From Candidatus Campbellbacteria bacterium (GTDB lineage Bacteria > Patescibacteriota > Minisyncoccia > Phycocordibacterales > CSBR16-193), in assembly GCA_007125155.1 (NCBI GenBank), contig SLDR01000028.1, positions 1 through 57,120 on the forward strand: 57,120 bases of DNA. Direction: 5' to 3'. A model generated the notes under the pieces. That model did not search any database and was not told the DNA's origin. It saw only the letters and a program-made list of their open reading frames with translations. The translations under genes were made by a program, and so were the position numbers. Shown here piece after piece: positions 40,987 to 51,705 of the stretch (its first letter is position 1; each line of letters starts with the position of its first letter).

Positions 40987-42264
40987 ATGACGTACATTAG
41001 AAACTTCGGAAAGTTGGCCACTAATCCCGGCCGGCGTGACGCATTGAATATTTTGGAGGCCGGCTACGAAGCGATAAATACCGAGAGGATAATGCTTTCA
41101 AAGATAAAGATCGAAGGTGATGAACTCATCATTAAAAACAAAAGTTATGATCTTTCGATATACAAGAACATATATTTCATAGGGGTCGGTAAATGTGCAC
41201 TGGAAGCAGGAAGGGTGATGGAGATAATTATGGGAGACCGGATCCGAGACGGTGTCGTGATCGATAACGTTAAAGGGACGCTTGAGCGCATAAGAACATA
41301 CTATGGAACTCATCCCTGGCCGTCGGAAAAGAACATTTCCGCCACCAAAGAAATTATGGAGCTTCTGGAAAGATCAACAGAAGATGATCTGATAATAGTG
41401 GTGATCTCCGGGGGAGGATCGGCTTTGATGTGCATGCCTTATGAATCCAGCTGTCAGGACTTAATAGACATAAGTCGAACAATGACCAAAAAAGGTGCGG
41501 ACATCTACGAGCTTAACACTGTCAGAAAACACCTATCGGCGATAAAGGGCGGTCAGATGGCTCAAATGGCCTACCCCGCCGAAACGATCTCTCTTCTGTT
41601 CTCCGACGTTCTCGGAGACGATATTTCAGTCATAGCTTCAGGCCCAACTGTTAAAGACGGTACCACTGTTTATGATGCCGAAGAGATCCTTAAAAAATAT
41701 GGCATCTTCAATAAAGACAACCTCCCTCCTTTAAGAACCACTCCCAAAGAGGATAAGTGGTTTGAAAGGGTGGCAAATATATTGATCGCAACCAACAGTG
41801 ATGCCATAGAAGCAATGGAGGTCGAGGCGCGAGAATTGGGATACGAAACAGTGCCGGGTAATAAAAAAGTCTCCGGGAAAGCTCGCATTGTCGGCGAACA
41901 GTTCGCTAAAACAAATCTTTTGCCCGGCAGAGTTCAGATAAGCGGAGGAGAAACCACAGTCGATATAAAAGGGTCCGGCGAAGGTGGCAGAAACCAAGAG
42001 ACCGCTCTGGGTGCCCTGAGCCACATCTCCGACAATGCCGTTTTTATAGCGGCCGGGTCCGATGGAATAGACAACACTGATGCCGCAGGTGCCATTTGTG
42101 ACAAGGAAATAAAAGAGAGAGCTGAAAAGTTACACCTTGACCCGAATCAATTTATCTCCGACAATGATAGTTATAATTTTTTCGCCCGGGTCGGGGGACA
42201 GATAATGACCGGGCCAACCGGCAGTAATGTATCCGATCTATATATTTTGTTGACTTATAAGTAA
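40987..42264 (+). CDS. Glycerate 2-kinase (DUF4147/MOFRL family)
   Basis: ISGGGSAL, RKHLSAIKGG, IASGPT, GGETTV, GGRNQE, DGID, TGPTGSNVSD. Confidence 0.92.
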   Translation: MTYIRNFGKLATNPGRRDALNILEAGYEAINTERIMLSKIKIEGDELIIKNKSYDLSIYKNIYFIGVGKCALEAGRVMEIIMGDRIRDGVVIDNVKGTLERIRTYYGTHPWPSEKNISATKEIMELLERSTEDDLIIVVISGGGSALMCMPYESSCQDLIDISRTMTKKGADIYELNTVRKHLSAIKGGQMAQMAYPAETISLLFSDVLGDDISVIASGPTVKDGTTVYDAEEILKKYGIFNKDNLPPLRTTPKEDKWFERVANILIATNSDAIEAMEVEARELGYETVPGNKKVSGKARIVGEQFAKTNLLPGRVQISGGETTVDIKGSGEGGRNQETALGALSHISDNAVFIAAGSDGIDNTDAAGAICDKEIKERAEKLHLDPNQFISDNDSYNFFARVGGQIMTGPTGSNVSDLYILLTYK

Positions 42265-42274
42265 AAGTAAAAAT

Positions 42275-44692
42275 ATGTCTGATAACAATAATCAATTACT
42301 TCTTTGGTTCGACCAAGTAAACAATGACGACGTTGAAAAGGTCGGAGGAAAGAACGCTTCACTGGGAGAGATGTATACCATCCTGTCCCAAAAAGGGATA
42401 AGAGTACCCAATGGTTTCATAATCACCGCCGAAGGATACAGATCATTTATAAAGGAATCCGGATTGGACGAATTGATACGTTCCCTTCTTAAAGATCTTG
42501 ACACTGCCGATATCAGAGCCCTTCAAAAAGCGGGTAAAAAGATCCGGGAAGCCGTTATCAAAGCCGAGCTGTCCTCCGAATTGAAAAATGAGATCGATGT
42601 CGCTTATAAAAACCTGTCTTTGTCATACGGCCAAGAGGCCACAGATGTGGCGGTAAGGTCATCAGCGACGGCGGAAGATCTACCAGGGGCAAGTTTCGCC
42701 GGTGAACACGACACCTATCTTAACGTTGTGGGAATCGAAAACGTTCACAAATATGTCAAACACGCCATGTCTTCCCTCTTCAATGACAGAGCCATCTCAT
42801 ACCGACAGGATAAGGGCTTCGATCATTTTGACGTTGCTCTTTCCGTAGGTGTTCAAAAAATGGTTCGCTCAGACAAAGGTTCTTCAGGTGTGATGTTCAC
42901 CTTGGACACCGAGTCCGGTTTTAAAGATGTTGTTCAGATAAGTGCGTCCTACGGACTGGGTGAAATGGTTGTTCAAGGAAAGGTCAATCCGGATGAGTAT
43001 CTTGTTTTCAAACCAACCCTCCATGAGGGCTTCAGTCCGGTCATTAAAAAGAGCTTGGGATCGAAAGAGATAAAGATGGTATATGAAACCAAAGGACAGT
43101 CTCCCGTTAAAGAAATAAAAACATCAAAAAATGAAAAGACATCTTATGCCTTAAACGACGAAGAGATCCTGATGCTGGCAAGATGGGGTATGGAGATCGA
43201 GAGACACTACTCCGAAAGAGCCGGAAAGCATTCACCGATGGATATAGAGTGGGCAAAAGACGGTATTAGCGGGGAGCTGTTTATAGTACAAGCCAGACCT
43301 GAGACCATTCATGCCGAGAACAAAGGTCTGGAAATAAGAGAATTCCACCTGAACACCAAAGAAGAACCCATCGCCGAAGGGATAGCGGTAGGTACGAAAA
43401 TTGCCGCCGGAAAAGCCAGGGTGATAGATTCGGTAAAAGACATTCACACTTTCAAAGAAGGAGAGGTGCTGGTAACTGAAATAACAGACCCGGACTGGGA
43501 ACCTATCATGAAGATAGCTTCGGCTATCGTCACCGAAAAAGGAGGAAGGACTTCTCATGCGGCGATTGTTTCCCGAGAGTTGGGTATCCCGGCCGTAATC
43601 GGAACACCGAATGTACGCAAGGTCGTGAAGACCGGTCAGATGATAACCTGCGACACCTCAAGCGGTACCGTGGGAAAGATATATGACGGCAAGCTGGAAT
43701 GGGAAGAAGTAGTCCACCAAATTGATCAGATACCGGAAACCAAGACCCGTGTGTCAATGAACATAGGAAGTCCGGAAAGTGCCTTTGTCTACTCTTCAAT
43801 ACCTAATGACGGGGTTGGCTTGGCCAGAGAAGAGTTCGTCATAGCTTCCCATATTCAAGTACATCCGCTTGCTCTTTTGAACTACTCTTCTCAGTCGCCT
43901 TCTTTGAAAAAAAGGATCGATGAGGCAACATTGGGCTACGACGACAAAAGACAGTTCTACGTCGATAAACTCGCCGAAGGAGTAGGACAGATAGCCGCCG
44001 CCTTTTACCCGAAACAGGTGATTGTCAGATTCTCGGATTTTAAAACAAATGAATACGCCACCTTGATAGGCGGTAAGGAATATGAACCCGAAGAGGAAAA
44101 CCCGATGATCGGCTGGCGTGGCGCTTCGCGTTATGCTCATCCGGATTTCACGGAAGCATTTAAGCTTGAATGTGAAGCCATGAAAAAGATACGTGAGCAG
44201 TTTGGTCTTAGGAATCTGGCCGTAATGGTCCCCTTCTGCCGAACTCCCGAAGAAGGACGGCAGGTTCTTGACATAATGGCAGAGTGTGGACTCGCAAAAG
44301 GACACGATGACCTTAAGGTCTACGTCATGTGTGAATTGCCGACCAATGTTTTAAGAGCTGACGACTTCCTTGATATCTTTGACGGTTTTTCCATCGGCTC
44401 CAATGACTTGGCGCAGTTGACCCTCGGTTTGGACAGGGACTCCTCTATAGTGGCCGGTATATCGAACGAAAATGATCCGGCTGTTAAAAAGTTCATCTCA
44501 CAAGCCATCAAAAAATGCCAAGAAAGAGGTAAATACATCGGCTTTTGCGGACAGGCGCCTTCCGACTACAAAGATTTCCTTCGTTTCCTTATACAAGAGA
44601 ACATAGACTCCGTTTCTCTTATACCGGACACCATCATCCCGATGAAATTCGAGATACACGAGGAAGAACAAAAGAGATCTGAAGAATCTTAA
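42275..44692 (+). CDS. ppsA: Phosphoenolpyruvate synthase
   Basis: VGGKNASLGEM, AVRSSATAEDL, GGRTSHAAI (phospho-His), FSIGSNDL. Confidence 0.97.
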   Translation: MSDNNNQLLLWFDQVNNDDVEKVGGKNASLGEMYTILSQKGIRVPNGFIITAEGYRSFIKESGLDELIRSLLKDLDTADIRALQKAGKKIREAVIKAELSSELKNEIDVAYKNLSLSYGQEATDVAVRSSATAEDLPGASFAGEHDTYLNVVGIENVHKYVKHAMSSLFNDRAISYRQDKGFDHFDVALSVGVQKMVRSDKGSSGVMFTLDTESGFKDVVQISASYGLGEMVVQGKVNPDEYLVFKPTLHEGFSPVIKKSLGSKEIKMVYETKGQSPVKEIKTSKNEKTSYALNDEEILMLARWGMEIERHYSERAGKHSPMDIEWAKDGISGELFIVQARPETIHAENKGLEIREFHLNTKEEPIAEGIAVGTKIAAGKARVIDSVKDIHTFKEGEVLVTEITDPDWEPIMKIASAIVTEKGGRTSHAAIVSRELGIPAVIGTPNVRKVVKTGQMITCDTSSGTVGKIYDGKLEWEEVVHQIDQIPETKTRVSMNIGSPESAFVYSSIPNDGVGLAREEFVIASHIQVHPLALLNYSSQSPSLKKRIDEATLGYDDKRQFYVDKLAEGVGQIAAAFYPKQVIVRFSDFKTNEYATLIGGKEYEPEEENPMIGWRGASRYAHPDFTEAFKLECEAMKKIREQFGLRNLAVMVPFCRTPEEGRQVLDIMAECGLAKGHDDLKVYVMCELPTNVLRADDFLDIFDGFSIGSNDLAQLTLGLDRDSSIVAGISNENDPAVKKFISQAIKKCQERGKYIGFCGQAPSDYKDFLRFLIQENIDSVSLIPDTIIPMKFEIHEEEQKRSEES

Positions 44693-44763
44693 AAAGGTGT
44701 TTAAGATTAAAGGATCATCAAATTACGCGAATGACACCTGATGCTTAAGAACGAGGATCAAAA

Positions 44764-46008
44764 ATGATACCGAAAATTGAGAACATAATCGCAAGACAGA
44801 TAATAGACTCTCGGGCCGTACCGACCATTGAGGTGGATCTGGTTTTGGATAATGGCGCCTTCGGTCGAGCGGCCGCTCCTTCAGGGGCTTCAACCGGAGG
44901 AGAAGAAGCTAAAGAAAAAAGAGATATGGATCCCGATCGCTACCGAGGTCTGAGCGTTAGCAACGCCATATATAATGTGGAAGGAAAGATATTACCTCAT
45001 CTTGCCGGAAAAAGATTCATCCAAGAAGAACTTGATCAAACCCTTATCGAGATAGACGGAACAGCGGATAAAAGCAACCTCGGGGCAAATGCCATCTTGG
45101 CGGTTTCATTAGCCTTCTCCAAAGCGCTTGCTTACAATGCCGGCCTACCCCTCCATCTTTATCTTGGAGATATGTTCTCGGAATATGAAGAGATGCCAAG
45201 ACCGATGTTCAACATAATAAACGGCGGAGTACATGCCAATAACGGACTTTCTTTTCAAGAGTTTCTTATCGTCCCTCAAGGAGCCACCTTCGAGGAAGAC
45301 ATGCGGTGCGGTGTGGAGATCTACCACTCTCTCAAAGATCTGTTAAAAGAGAATGGTCTGGGAACTTCGGTCGGAGATGAAGGAGGCTTTGCCCCGGCTC
45401 TTAATGACAATGAAGATGCTTTGAAAATAATTCGGGAAGCCGCTCAAAACGCCGGCTATGAGGCCGGTACTGATTACAGATTCGCCCTTGACATAGCCGC
45501 TAATGAGATAATGGATGGAAATAAATACCTTTACAATGGAAAATTCTTGAAAAAAGAAACATATATTTCAAAATTGACCGATATTATAAACGAATTCCCG
45601 TTTCTATCCATAGAAGACCCGTTCGATGAAAAGGATACCGAGGGATTCATTGAACTAAACCGACTCATAGGAAAAGATGTACTGATCATAGGGGATGATT
45701 ACCTTGTCACCAACCCCGGCAAGATCAAAATAGCCGCGGAAGAAAAAGCCGTAGGTGGCGTAATAATAAAACCGAACCAGATAGGAACCGTGACCGAAAC
45801 TCTGAACGCGACACTGGCCGCCATGAGCAACAGACTGATCACCGTATTCTCTCATCGATCGGGTGAAACCGAAGATACCGGCATATCTCATCTGGCTGTC
45901 GCTTCCAGAGCGCCACTTGTTAAATTCGGAGCTCCCGCACGCGGAGAAAGAACATCAAAATACAACGAGTTGTTGAGGATCGAGGAAGATATGGAAATGA
46001 TACTGTGA
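44764..46008 (+). CDS. eno: Enolase
   Basis: PSGASTG, LGANAIL, GDEGGFAP, KPNQIG, SHRSGET, RGER..KYN. Confidence 0.97.
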   Translation: MIPKIENIIARQIIDSRAVPTIEVDLVLDNGAFGRAAAPSGASTGGEEAKEKRDMDPDRYRGLSVSNAIYNVEGKILPHLAGKRFIQEELDQTLIEIDGTADKSNLGANAILAVSLAFSKALAYNAGLPLHLYLGDMFSEYEEMPRPMFNIINGGVHANNGLSFQEFLIVPQGATFEEDMRCGVEIYHSLKDLLKENGLGTSVGDEGGFAPALNDNEDALKIIREAAQNAGYEAGTDYRFALDIAANEIMDGNKYLYNGKFLKKETYISKLTDIINEFPFLSIEDPFDEKDTEGFIELNRLIGKDVLIIGDDYLVTNPGKIKIAAEEKAVGGVIIKPNQIGTVTETLNATLAAMSNRLITVFSHRSGETEDTGISHLAVASRAPLVKFGAPARGERTSKYNELLRIEEDMEMIL

Positions 46009-46143
46009 TCAACAAATAAAAACAATTTTAAAAATATTTGATTTTTAAGGGTTGCTGATCAATTTCAAAACAGGAGCAACATTTTGATAAAAATAAAGTG
46101 ATCGATAAGTAACACATCCGATAGGAGATCTAATTGATATTAT

Positions 46144-46758
46144 ATGCTTTTAAACTTCAGTGAAAGCCTAGATATACTAAATAAATATGAAATACCGACC
46201 GTAGAAAGTTACGTCGTGGAAAACGATGAGGGTCTTTTCAGTGCCATGGAAAAGATCCCCTTCCCTTTTGTCATGAAAATAGATTCACGTGAAATAATTC
46301 ATAAGACCGACAAAGGTGGGGTTGTGTTGGGAATATCGAGTCGAGAAGAGGCTGTCTCGCGCCTGAGGGAACTTTTGGAGATCTGTGACGGTGGAGTCAT
46401 CGTCCAAAAACAAACCGAGGGGGAAGAGATCATAATAGGCGGAAAAAGAGATGAGGTCTTCGGTCCGGTGGTAATGGTCGGTCTGGGTGGTATATTCGTT
46501 GAGATCTATAAAGACATCGTTTTCGGACTCGCTCCTTTGAATAAAAAAGAGGCTCTAAACATGATAAACAGTATAAAAGGAAAAAAAATACTTGAAGGTT
46601 TCAGAGGAAGGCCCTCCGTCAATAAAGAGGCTCTCGCTGAAGTTCTGGAAAGAACATCAAATCTTATCCAAAACGAACCTCAAGTAAAAGAGCTTGACCT
46701 TAACCCGGTCCTGGTCGGTGAAAATTCTCTTGTTTGTGACGTAAAAATATTGATATGA
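46144..46758 (+). CDS. ADP-forming acetate--CoA ligase, beta (ATP-grasp) subunit
   Basis: HKTDKGGV, FGPVVMVGLGGIFVE, ELDLNP. Confidence 0.9.
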   Translation: MLLNFSESLDILNKYEIPTVESYVVENDEGLFSAMEKIPFPFVMKIDSREIIHKTDKGGVVLGISSREEAVSRLRELLEICDGGVIVQKQTEGEEIIIGGKRDEVFGPVVMVGLGGIFVEIYKDIVFGLAPLNKKEALNMINSIKGKKILEGFRGRPSVNKEALAEVLERTSNLIQNEPQVKELDLNPVLVGENSLVCDVKILI

Positions 46759-48101
46759 AAGTTTTTTTTGATCCAAAAAAAGTGGCGGTAGTAGGTGCCA
46801 CAGAAAGAGATAGATCGGTCGGACGAGGTCTTATGGAAAACCTCATGATCGACGAAAGAACGATCTTTCCCGTAAATCCCAATCATGAACACGTCTTCGG
46901 ATTAAAGGCGTACCCGGACATATTGTCGATACCGGAAGAGATCGATCTGGTCGTGATCGCGATCCCTAAAGCCGGAGTCAGAAATGTTGTCAAAGAATGC
47001 GTCGCAAAGGAAGTCGGTGGAGTCATCATAATATCAGCCGGCTTCGGGGAGACGGGAACGGAAGGAAAGAGGGAGGAAGAGGATATCGTTCAAATACTTA
47101 ATGAGAAGAACATACCTTTAATAGGACCCAATTGCCTCGGAATAATACGACCCCCCTCCAAACTGAATGCCTCCTTCGCGCCCGACACACCAAAGTCCGG
47201 AAAGATAGCATTTATATCTCAGTCCGGGGCACTGATAGATTCGGTCATAGACGGTTCCGTTGAAGAAAATTACGGTTTTTCATTTTTAGTCTCGCCCGGA
47301 AACGCGGCAGGTTTGTCTCTTGTGGACTACATTAAGCAAGCAAATGAAGATGAAAAGACAGAAGTCATTGCTCTTTACATAGAAGGTCTGAATGACGGGA
47401 GAGAATTCTACGAAACCATCAAAAATATCAACAAGCCCGTTGTCGTCATAAAGGGTGGAAAGAGTGAAGTTTCTCGAAAGGCCGTTTCATCCCACACCGG
47501 TTCCATGGCGGGAGAATCCGACATATTCTCAGCAGCCGTCAGACAGGCCGGGGCTATAGAAGTATCTTCAATAAAAGAACTTTTCAATGTTGCAAAAGCC
47601 CTTTCATGGCAGAGGCCGTTCAACGGAGGAATAGCGATAGTGACCAACGGAGGAGGTGTGGGTGTACTGACAGCTGATTATCTTGAAGGAGAATCTTTGC
47701 CGGAAATGAAACCGAAAACCCTCGATCTTATGGTAGACCACATGCACCCGGGTTACTCGGCAAGCAACCCGCTTGATATTGTCGGCGACGCCACGGCGGA
47801 TAGGTACAAGGTCGCCATTGAAGGAGTTTTGAGACAAGACGACATCGAAGCTCTGATAGTTATCCAGACACTACAAATTATGACCGAACCGGAAAAGAAT
47901 GCTAAAATAATGATAGAAGCAAGAGAAAAACACGGTAAAACAATGGTGGCCTGTTTTATGGGAAAGGGTGAAGAAACCAAAAGAGCGATAAATCTTTTGG
48001 AAAAGGAAATGATACCCAACTATCAAGATCCTCTTGAAGCTTCTCAAGCATTAAAAGTATTAAGCTCGATTGGAAAAAACAATGAAAAAAATAGTATTTG
48101 A
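46755..48101 (+). CDS. ADP-forming acetate--CoA ligase, alpha (CoA-binding) subunit
   Basis: VAVVGA, GPNCLG, SQSGA, SHTGSMAG (phospho-His), NPLDIVGDA; ATGA overlap with the beta gene. Confidence 0.92.
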   Translation: MKVFFDPKKVAVVGATERDRSVGRGLMENLMIDERTIFPVNPNHEHVFGLKAYPDILSIPEEIDLVVIAIPKAGVRNVVKECVAKEVGGVIIISAGFGETGTEGKREEEDIVQILNEKNIPLIGPNCLGIIRPPSKLNASFAPDTPKSGKIAFISQSGALIDSVIDGSVEENYGFSFLVSPGNAAGLSLVDYIKQANEDEKTEVIALYIEGLNDGREFYETIKNINKPVVVIKGGKSEVSRKAVSSHTGSMAGESDIFSAAVRQAGAIEVSSIKELFNVAKALSWQRPFNGGIAIVTNGGGVGVLTADYLEGESLPEMKPKTLDLMVDHMHPGYSASNPLDIVGDATADRYKVAIEGVLRQDDIEALIVIQTLQIMTEPEKNAKIMIEAREKHGKTMVACFMGKGEETKRAINLLEKEMIPNYQDPLEASQALKVLSSIGKNNEKNSI

Positions 48102-48306
48102 AAGAGAGAAATGTATAGGTTGCGGAGCGTGTGTTTCCGTCTGCCCCTCCTTCTGGGAAACAAGCAATGACGGGAAGGTCGATCTGAAAGAAGGAGTCGA
48201 AGAGGACGGAAACTTTAAAAGGGAAATGGAGGATGCGGGGTGCAATCAAGAGGCATCTCAAAGCTGTCCGGTTCAATGTATTCACGTTAAAGAAAACGAT
48301 TCTTAG
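48082..48306 (+). CDS. Ferredoxin (single 4Fe-4S cluster)
   Basis: CIGCGACVSVCP ... CPVQCI. Confidence 0.92.
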   Translation: MKKIVFEREKCIGCGACVSVCPSFWETSNDGKVDLKEGVEEDGNFKREMEDAGCNQEASQSCPVQCIHVKENDS

Positions 48307-48392
48307 AAAGATAAAAGATGAAGAAATAAAAATACTGTGACATAGGATCAGAGTATTTATAAATTATAAATTTAAGACAAGCTGTTCATTTT

Positions 48393-50045
48393 ATGGAAAA
48401 CTTTCAAATAATAGTGGGAGGCGCGGCCGGAGAAGGGTCCAAAAAGGCGGGGCTCATTATAGCCAAGATGTTCAACTCCTACGGTTACAGAGTTTTTATT
48501 CACGAAGATTACCATTCTCTGGTAAGAGGGGGTCATAACTTTTCCCAGATATCAGTATCATCTGATATCGGGATCGAGGCTAAAAAAGACAGAATAGATT
48601 TTCTTCTGGCCTTGAATGAAGACACGGTTATGAAACATAAAGATAAGCTGGGTGTGGGAAGCGTGCTCATGTATGATGTTTCCATAACGAACACGGAGGT
48701 CTTGCAAAAGGATGGGATAGAAACGATACCTGTCCCAATAGACGAAATAATAAACGAATCGGAAGGATCATCTTTGATGAAAAACACCGCCTTGGTATCT
48801 TCTTTTTCAAAAATGATGGGAATGGAATTTGAAAAGATAAAACCGATACTCGAGAAAGAATTCAATAGAGAAACAGAGAAGAATATTAAGGTTTCGGAGA
48901 CGGCCTTCAATAAAACGGAAAAAAGAAGAGAGACAATTGAGACCGGTAAAGATCCTCTGCCTTTACTGTCCGGTAATAAGGCGGTAGCTATGGGAGCTTT
49001 AAAGGCGGGGCTGGAATGCTGTATATCGTACCCAATGACCCCGGCAACCGGCGTTTTCAGTTTCCTTACGACAGTTGAAGGAATACGGACCTGCCAACCG
49101 GAAAATGAGATATCGGTGGTAAGCATGGCTCTCGGAACCGCCTACGCCGGCAGAAGAACTATCGTTTCCACTTCCGGTGGAGGATTCGCACTGATGACTG
49201 AGAGTCTAAGCTTTTCCGCACAGTCTGAGATCCCCCTTCTTATAGTTCTGAGTCAAAGGATGGGTCCGGCGACCGGGGTGCCCACGTACGTTGGGCAAGG
49301 TGATCTGCTTTTCGCCTTAAACTCCGGACATGGGGATATGGAACGTTTCGTAGTGGCACCCGGCGATGTTGATGAGGCGTATTACTGGGGAGGCAAGGCG
49401 CTCAACATCGCGTGGAGGTATCAAATGCCATCAATCCTCCTTTTGGATAAAGAGCTCTCAGAAAATACATACGGACTTGAAGGAAGGTACCAAATAGAAA
49501 AGGAGGACATTGTCGAGGGTCTGAACGATACCGGATATAAGAGATATGAAGGAAACGACATCTCCCCCATTGCCTTTCCCGGCGGAGAGGCGGTTGTAAA
49601 AGCTACCGGTTATGAGCACACGAAAGACGGAATATCAACAGAGACCCCTCAAGAAGTGAAAGAGATGGTGGAAAAAAGGATCCGCAAAGGAGAAAGACTA
49701 AGAGAAGAACTGGAAGTACTGGAAGCGGTCAAAGTCTATAAAGAAGGTCCTGTCGCGATAGTCTTTTGGGGATCAACCAAAGGTGCCCTTCTGGAGGCGA
49801 CAAAGGATATGAATGTAAGGTTGGTTCAACCCCTGGTCATGCAGCCCTTCCCTGAAAAAAGGATGAAAGAGGCACTGGAAGGCGCTGAAAAGGTGATCTG
49901 TGTCGAGATGAACTCCGGGGGCCAACTTGCACAGGTGATGAGAATGAATGGAATTGAGGTCGATGATAAAGTATTGAAATATGACGCCAGGCCTTTTACT
50001 GTCGAAGGTCTAAGATCGATATTAGAAGAAAAAATAAACATCTAA
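48393..50045 (+). CDS. 2-oxoacid:ferredoxin oxidoreductase alpha subunit (fused gamma-alpha)
   Basis: GGAAGEG, RGGHN, YPMTPA, TSGGGFALM, RMGPATGVPT. Confidence 0.93.
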   Translation: MENFQIIVGGAAGEGSKKAGLIIAKMFNSYGYRVFIHEDYHSLVRGGHNFSQISVSSDIGIEAKKDRIDFLLALNEDTVMKHKDKLGVGSVLMYDVSITNTEVLQKDGIETIPVPIDEIINESEGSSLMKNTALVSSFSKMMGMEFEKIKPILEKEFNRETEKNIKVSETAFNKTEKRRETIETGKDPLPLLSGNKAVAMGALKAGLECCISYPMTPATGVFSFLTTVEGIRTCQPENEISVVSMALGTAYAGRRTIVSTSGGGFALMTESLSFSAQSEIPLLIVLSQRMGPATGVPTYVGQGDLLFALNSGHGDMERFVVAPGDVDEAYYWGGKALNIAWRYQMPSILLLDKELSENTYGLEGRYQIEKEDIVEGLNDTGYKRYEGNDISPIAFPGGEAVVKATGYEHTKDGISTETPQEVKEMVEKRIRKGERLREELEVLEAVKVYKEGPVAIVFWGSTKGALLEATKDMNVRLVQPLVMQPFPEKRMKEALEGAEKVICVEMNSGGQLAQVMRMNGIEVDDKVLKYDARPFTVEGLRSILEEKINI

Positions 50046-50046
50046 C

Positions 50047-50856
50047 ATGGATAATTTGATACTACCTACAAAAAACACCTGGTGTCCCGGTTGCGGTAAT
50101 TTCGGGATACAAAATGCATTAAAGGAAGCCGTTTCCGAAATGGATCCCGGTAAAACGGTTCTGATATCGGGGATCGGCTGTCACGGTAAGATCTCCGACT
50201 ACATGAACCTAAACAGCGTATACGCCCTTCACGGAAGGAGTATACCGGTGGGTACGGGGATAAAGATCGGAAACAGAGAGCTTAATGTGGTATGCATGGT
50301 CGGAGACGGCGATACTTATGATGAAGGTGTGTCCCACTTCGTACACGCAGCCAAAAGGAATTCCGACATAACCGTTATCGTTAATGATAACAGGGTATTC
50401 GCTCTAACGGTCAACCAACCCACCTCCACAAGCCCAAGAGGATACGTAAGCACCACCAGTCCCAAAGGGACGACAGAGGATCCTTTGAATCCCTTGGATA
50501 CCGCTCTTTCTTTGGGTGCGACATTCGTAGCCAGAGGGTATGCCGGAAAACAAGAGCATCTAAAGAGACTCATTCTTGAAGGAATGAGGCATAGAGGATT
50601 TTCATTCATAGAGGTCCTCCAGCCTTGTGTTGTCTGGTTCAACACATTTCCGGAATACAATGAAAGATGCTACGAAATGGAAGAGGAATATCTTCCAATC
50701 GAAAAAGCTCGAGAAAAAGCTCGAGAGTGGGACTATGCTAACGATAATCAGATACCTCTGGGCATATTCTACAAAGAGGAAAAACCCACCAATGAAGAAC
50801 AACTTGGCGATATTCACCAGGTGGATGTCTTGGCTATGATGGAGGAGAGTAAGTAG
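50047..50856 (+). CDS. 2-oxoacid:ferredoxin oxidoreductase beta subunit
   Basis: WCPGCG, SGIGC, LHGR, TPP motif GDGD...N, LQPC. Confidence 0.94.
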   Translation: MDNLILPTKNTWCPGCGNFGIQNALKEAVSEMDPGKTVLISGIGCHGKISDYMNLNSVYALHGRSIPVGTGIKIGNRELNVVCMVGDGDTYDEGVSHFVHAAKRNSDITVIVNDNRVFALTVNQPTSTSPRGYVSTTSPKGTTEDPLNPLDTALSLGATFVARGYAGKQEHLKRLILEGMRHRGFSFIEVLQPCVVWFNTFPEYNERCYEMEEEYLPIEKAREKAREWDYANDNQIPLGIFYKEEKPTNEEQLGDIHQVDVLAMMEESK

Positions 50857-50874
50857 TTGTTAAGACTTAAGATC

Positions 50875-50906
50875 AAAAAAACGCACCCTTATCGGGTGCG
50901 TTTTTT
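50875..50906. terminator. Bidirectional terminator
   Basis: A-run, CGCACCC/GGGTGCG stem and T-run between convergent genes. Confidence 0.88.
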
Positions 50907-50927
50907 AATTTTCATTTTTTAATAGGA

Positions 50928-51614
50928 TCAACCCTGATCCCCTTCTTTATTATTTTCTTGCTTTTCCCTCAAACTCTTTCTGTATTCCTTGACGGTTTTT
51001 ATGAATCCTGCGAGCTGTAAAAGTGGAACTATTATCACCATTGCCAAATAAACCCAATGAAGCCAGTCATCGGAAGGAAATCCCGGACGTAAAAGAGCTC
51101 TGTCTATCACATGAACCACCACAAGCCACCATATGACGTAAGTAAAATAGTTCTGGATCCATTTCCATGAATCGGAGCCCAGATAGTTTATGGCTCCCCT
51201 GAAGGATAAGGCGGCCAGTATGACGGCCATGACCGTCGCAACCAAGGCACCGAAAGCCCAAGGATTTATGTTCAAAAGATAACCTACAACATCCCAGTCT
51301 CTTCCCGCAAAAACAAAAAGAGTGTGTATAACGGACCACACGGCAAACCATATGCCCAGCTCGGCTCTCCAATTCCAAGGAAAATCACCCCACTTGGGAA
51401 AAAGGACCGGAAAAAGCTTCATTATGGGACCAATGATCATCACAAGAAAAAGAAGAAAGAACGGTATGGCCCCAACAGCTCTCGACATCAAAAGTATCTT
51501 CTCAGAGGTGAAAGATATCTCATCAACCGTGAAAAACCACGGAATCAAAACCGCTAAAAAAGTGGCAACCGCTATTATCGTGTGAAATGATAACTTGTTC
51601 TGTGCATCTATCAT
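50928..51614 (-). CDS. Ferric-reductase-like / MsrQ-like heme b membrane protein
   Basis: WRAELGIW...IH, ALS...LG..WK.IQ...Y.....VH pattern; about six TMs. Confidence 0.75.
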   Translation of the reverse strand: MIDAQNKLSFHTIIAVATFLAVLIPWFFTVDEISFTSEKILLMSRAVGAIPFFLLFLVMIIGPIMKLFPVLFPKWGDFPWNWRAELGIWFAVWSVIHTLFVFAGRDWDVVGYLLNINPWAFGALVATVMAVILAALSFRGAINYLGSDSWKWIQNYFTYVIWWLVVVHVIDRALLRPGFPSDDWLHWVYLAMVIIVPLLQLAGFIKTVKEYRKSLREKQENNKEGDQG

Positions 51615-51705
51615 GTCATTAATACTTAAAGATCGATTAACTTTTTCCCATAATTATCAATAAAATTATAACAGATAAAAAATAATAATTATAAACAGAT
51701 CAATA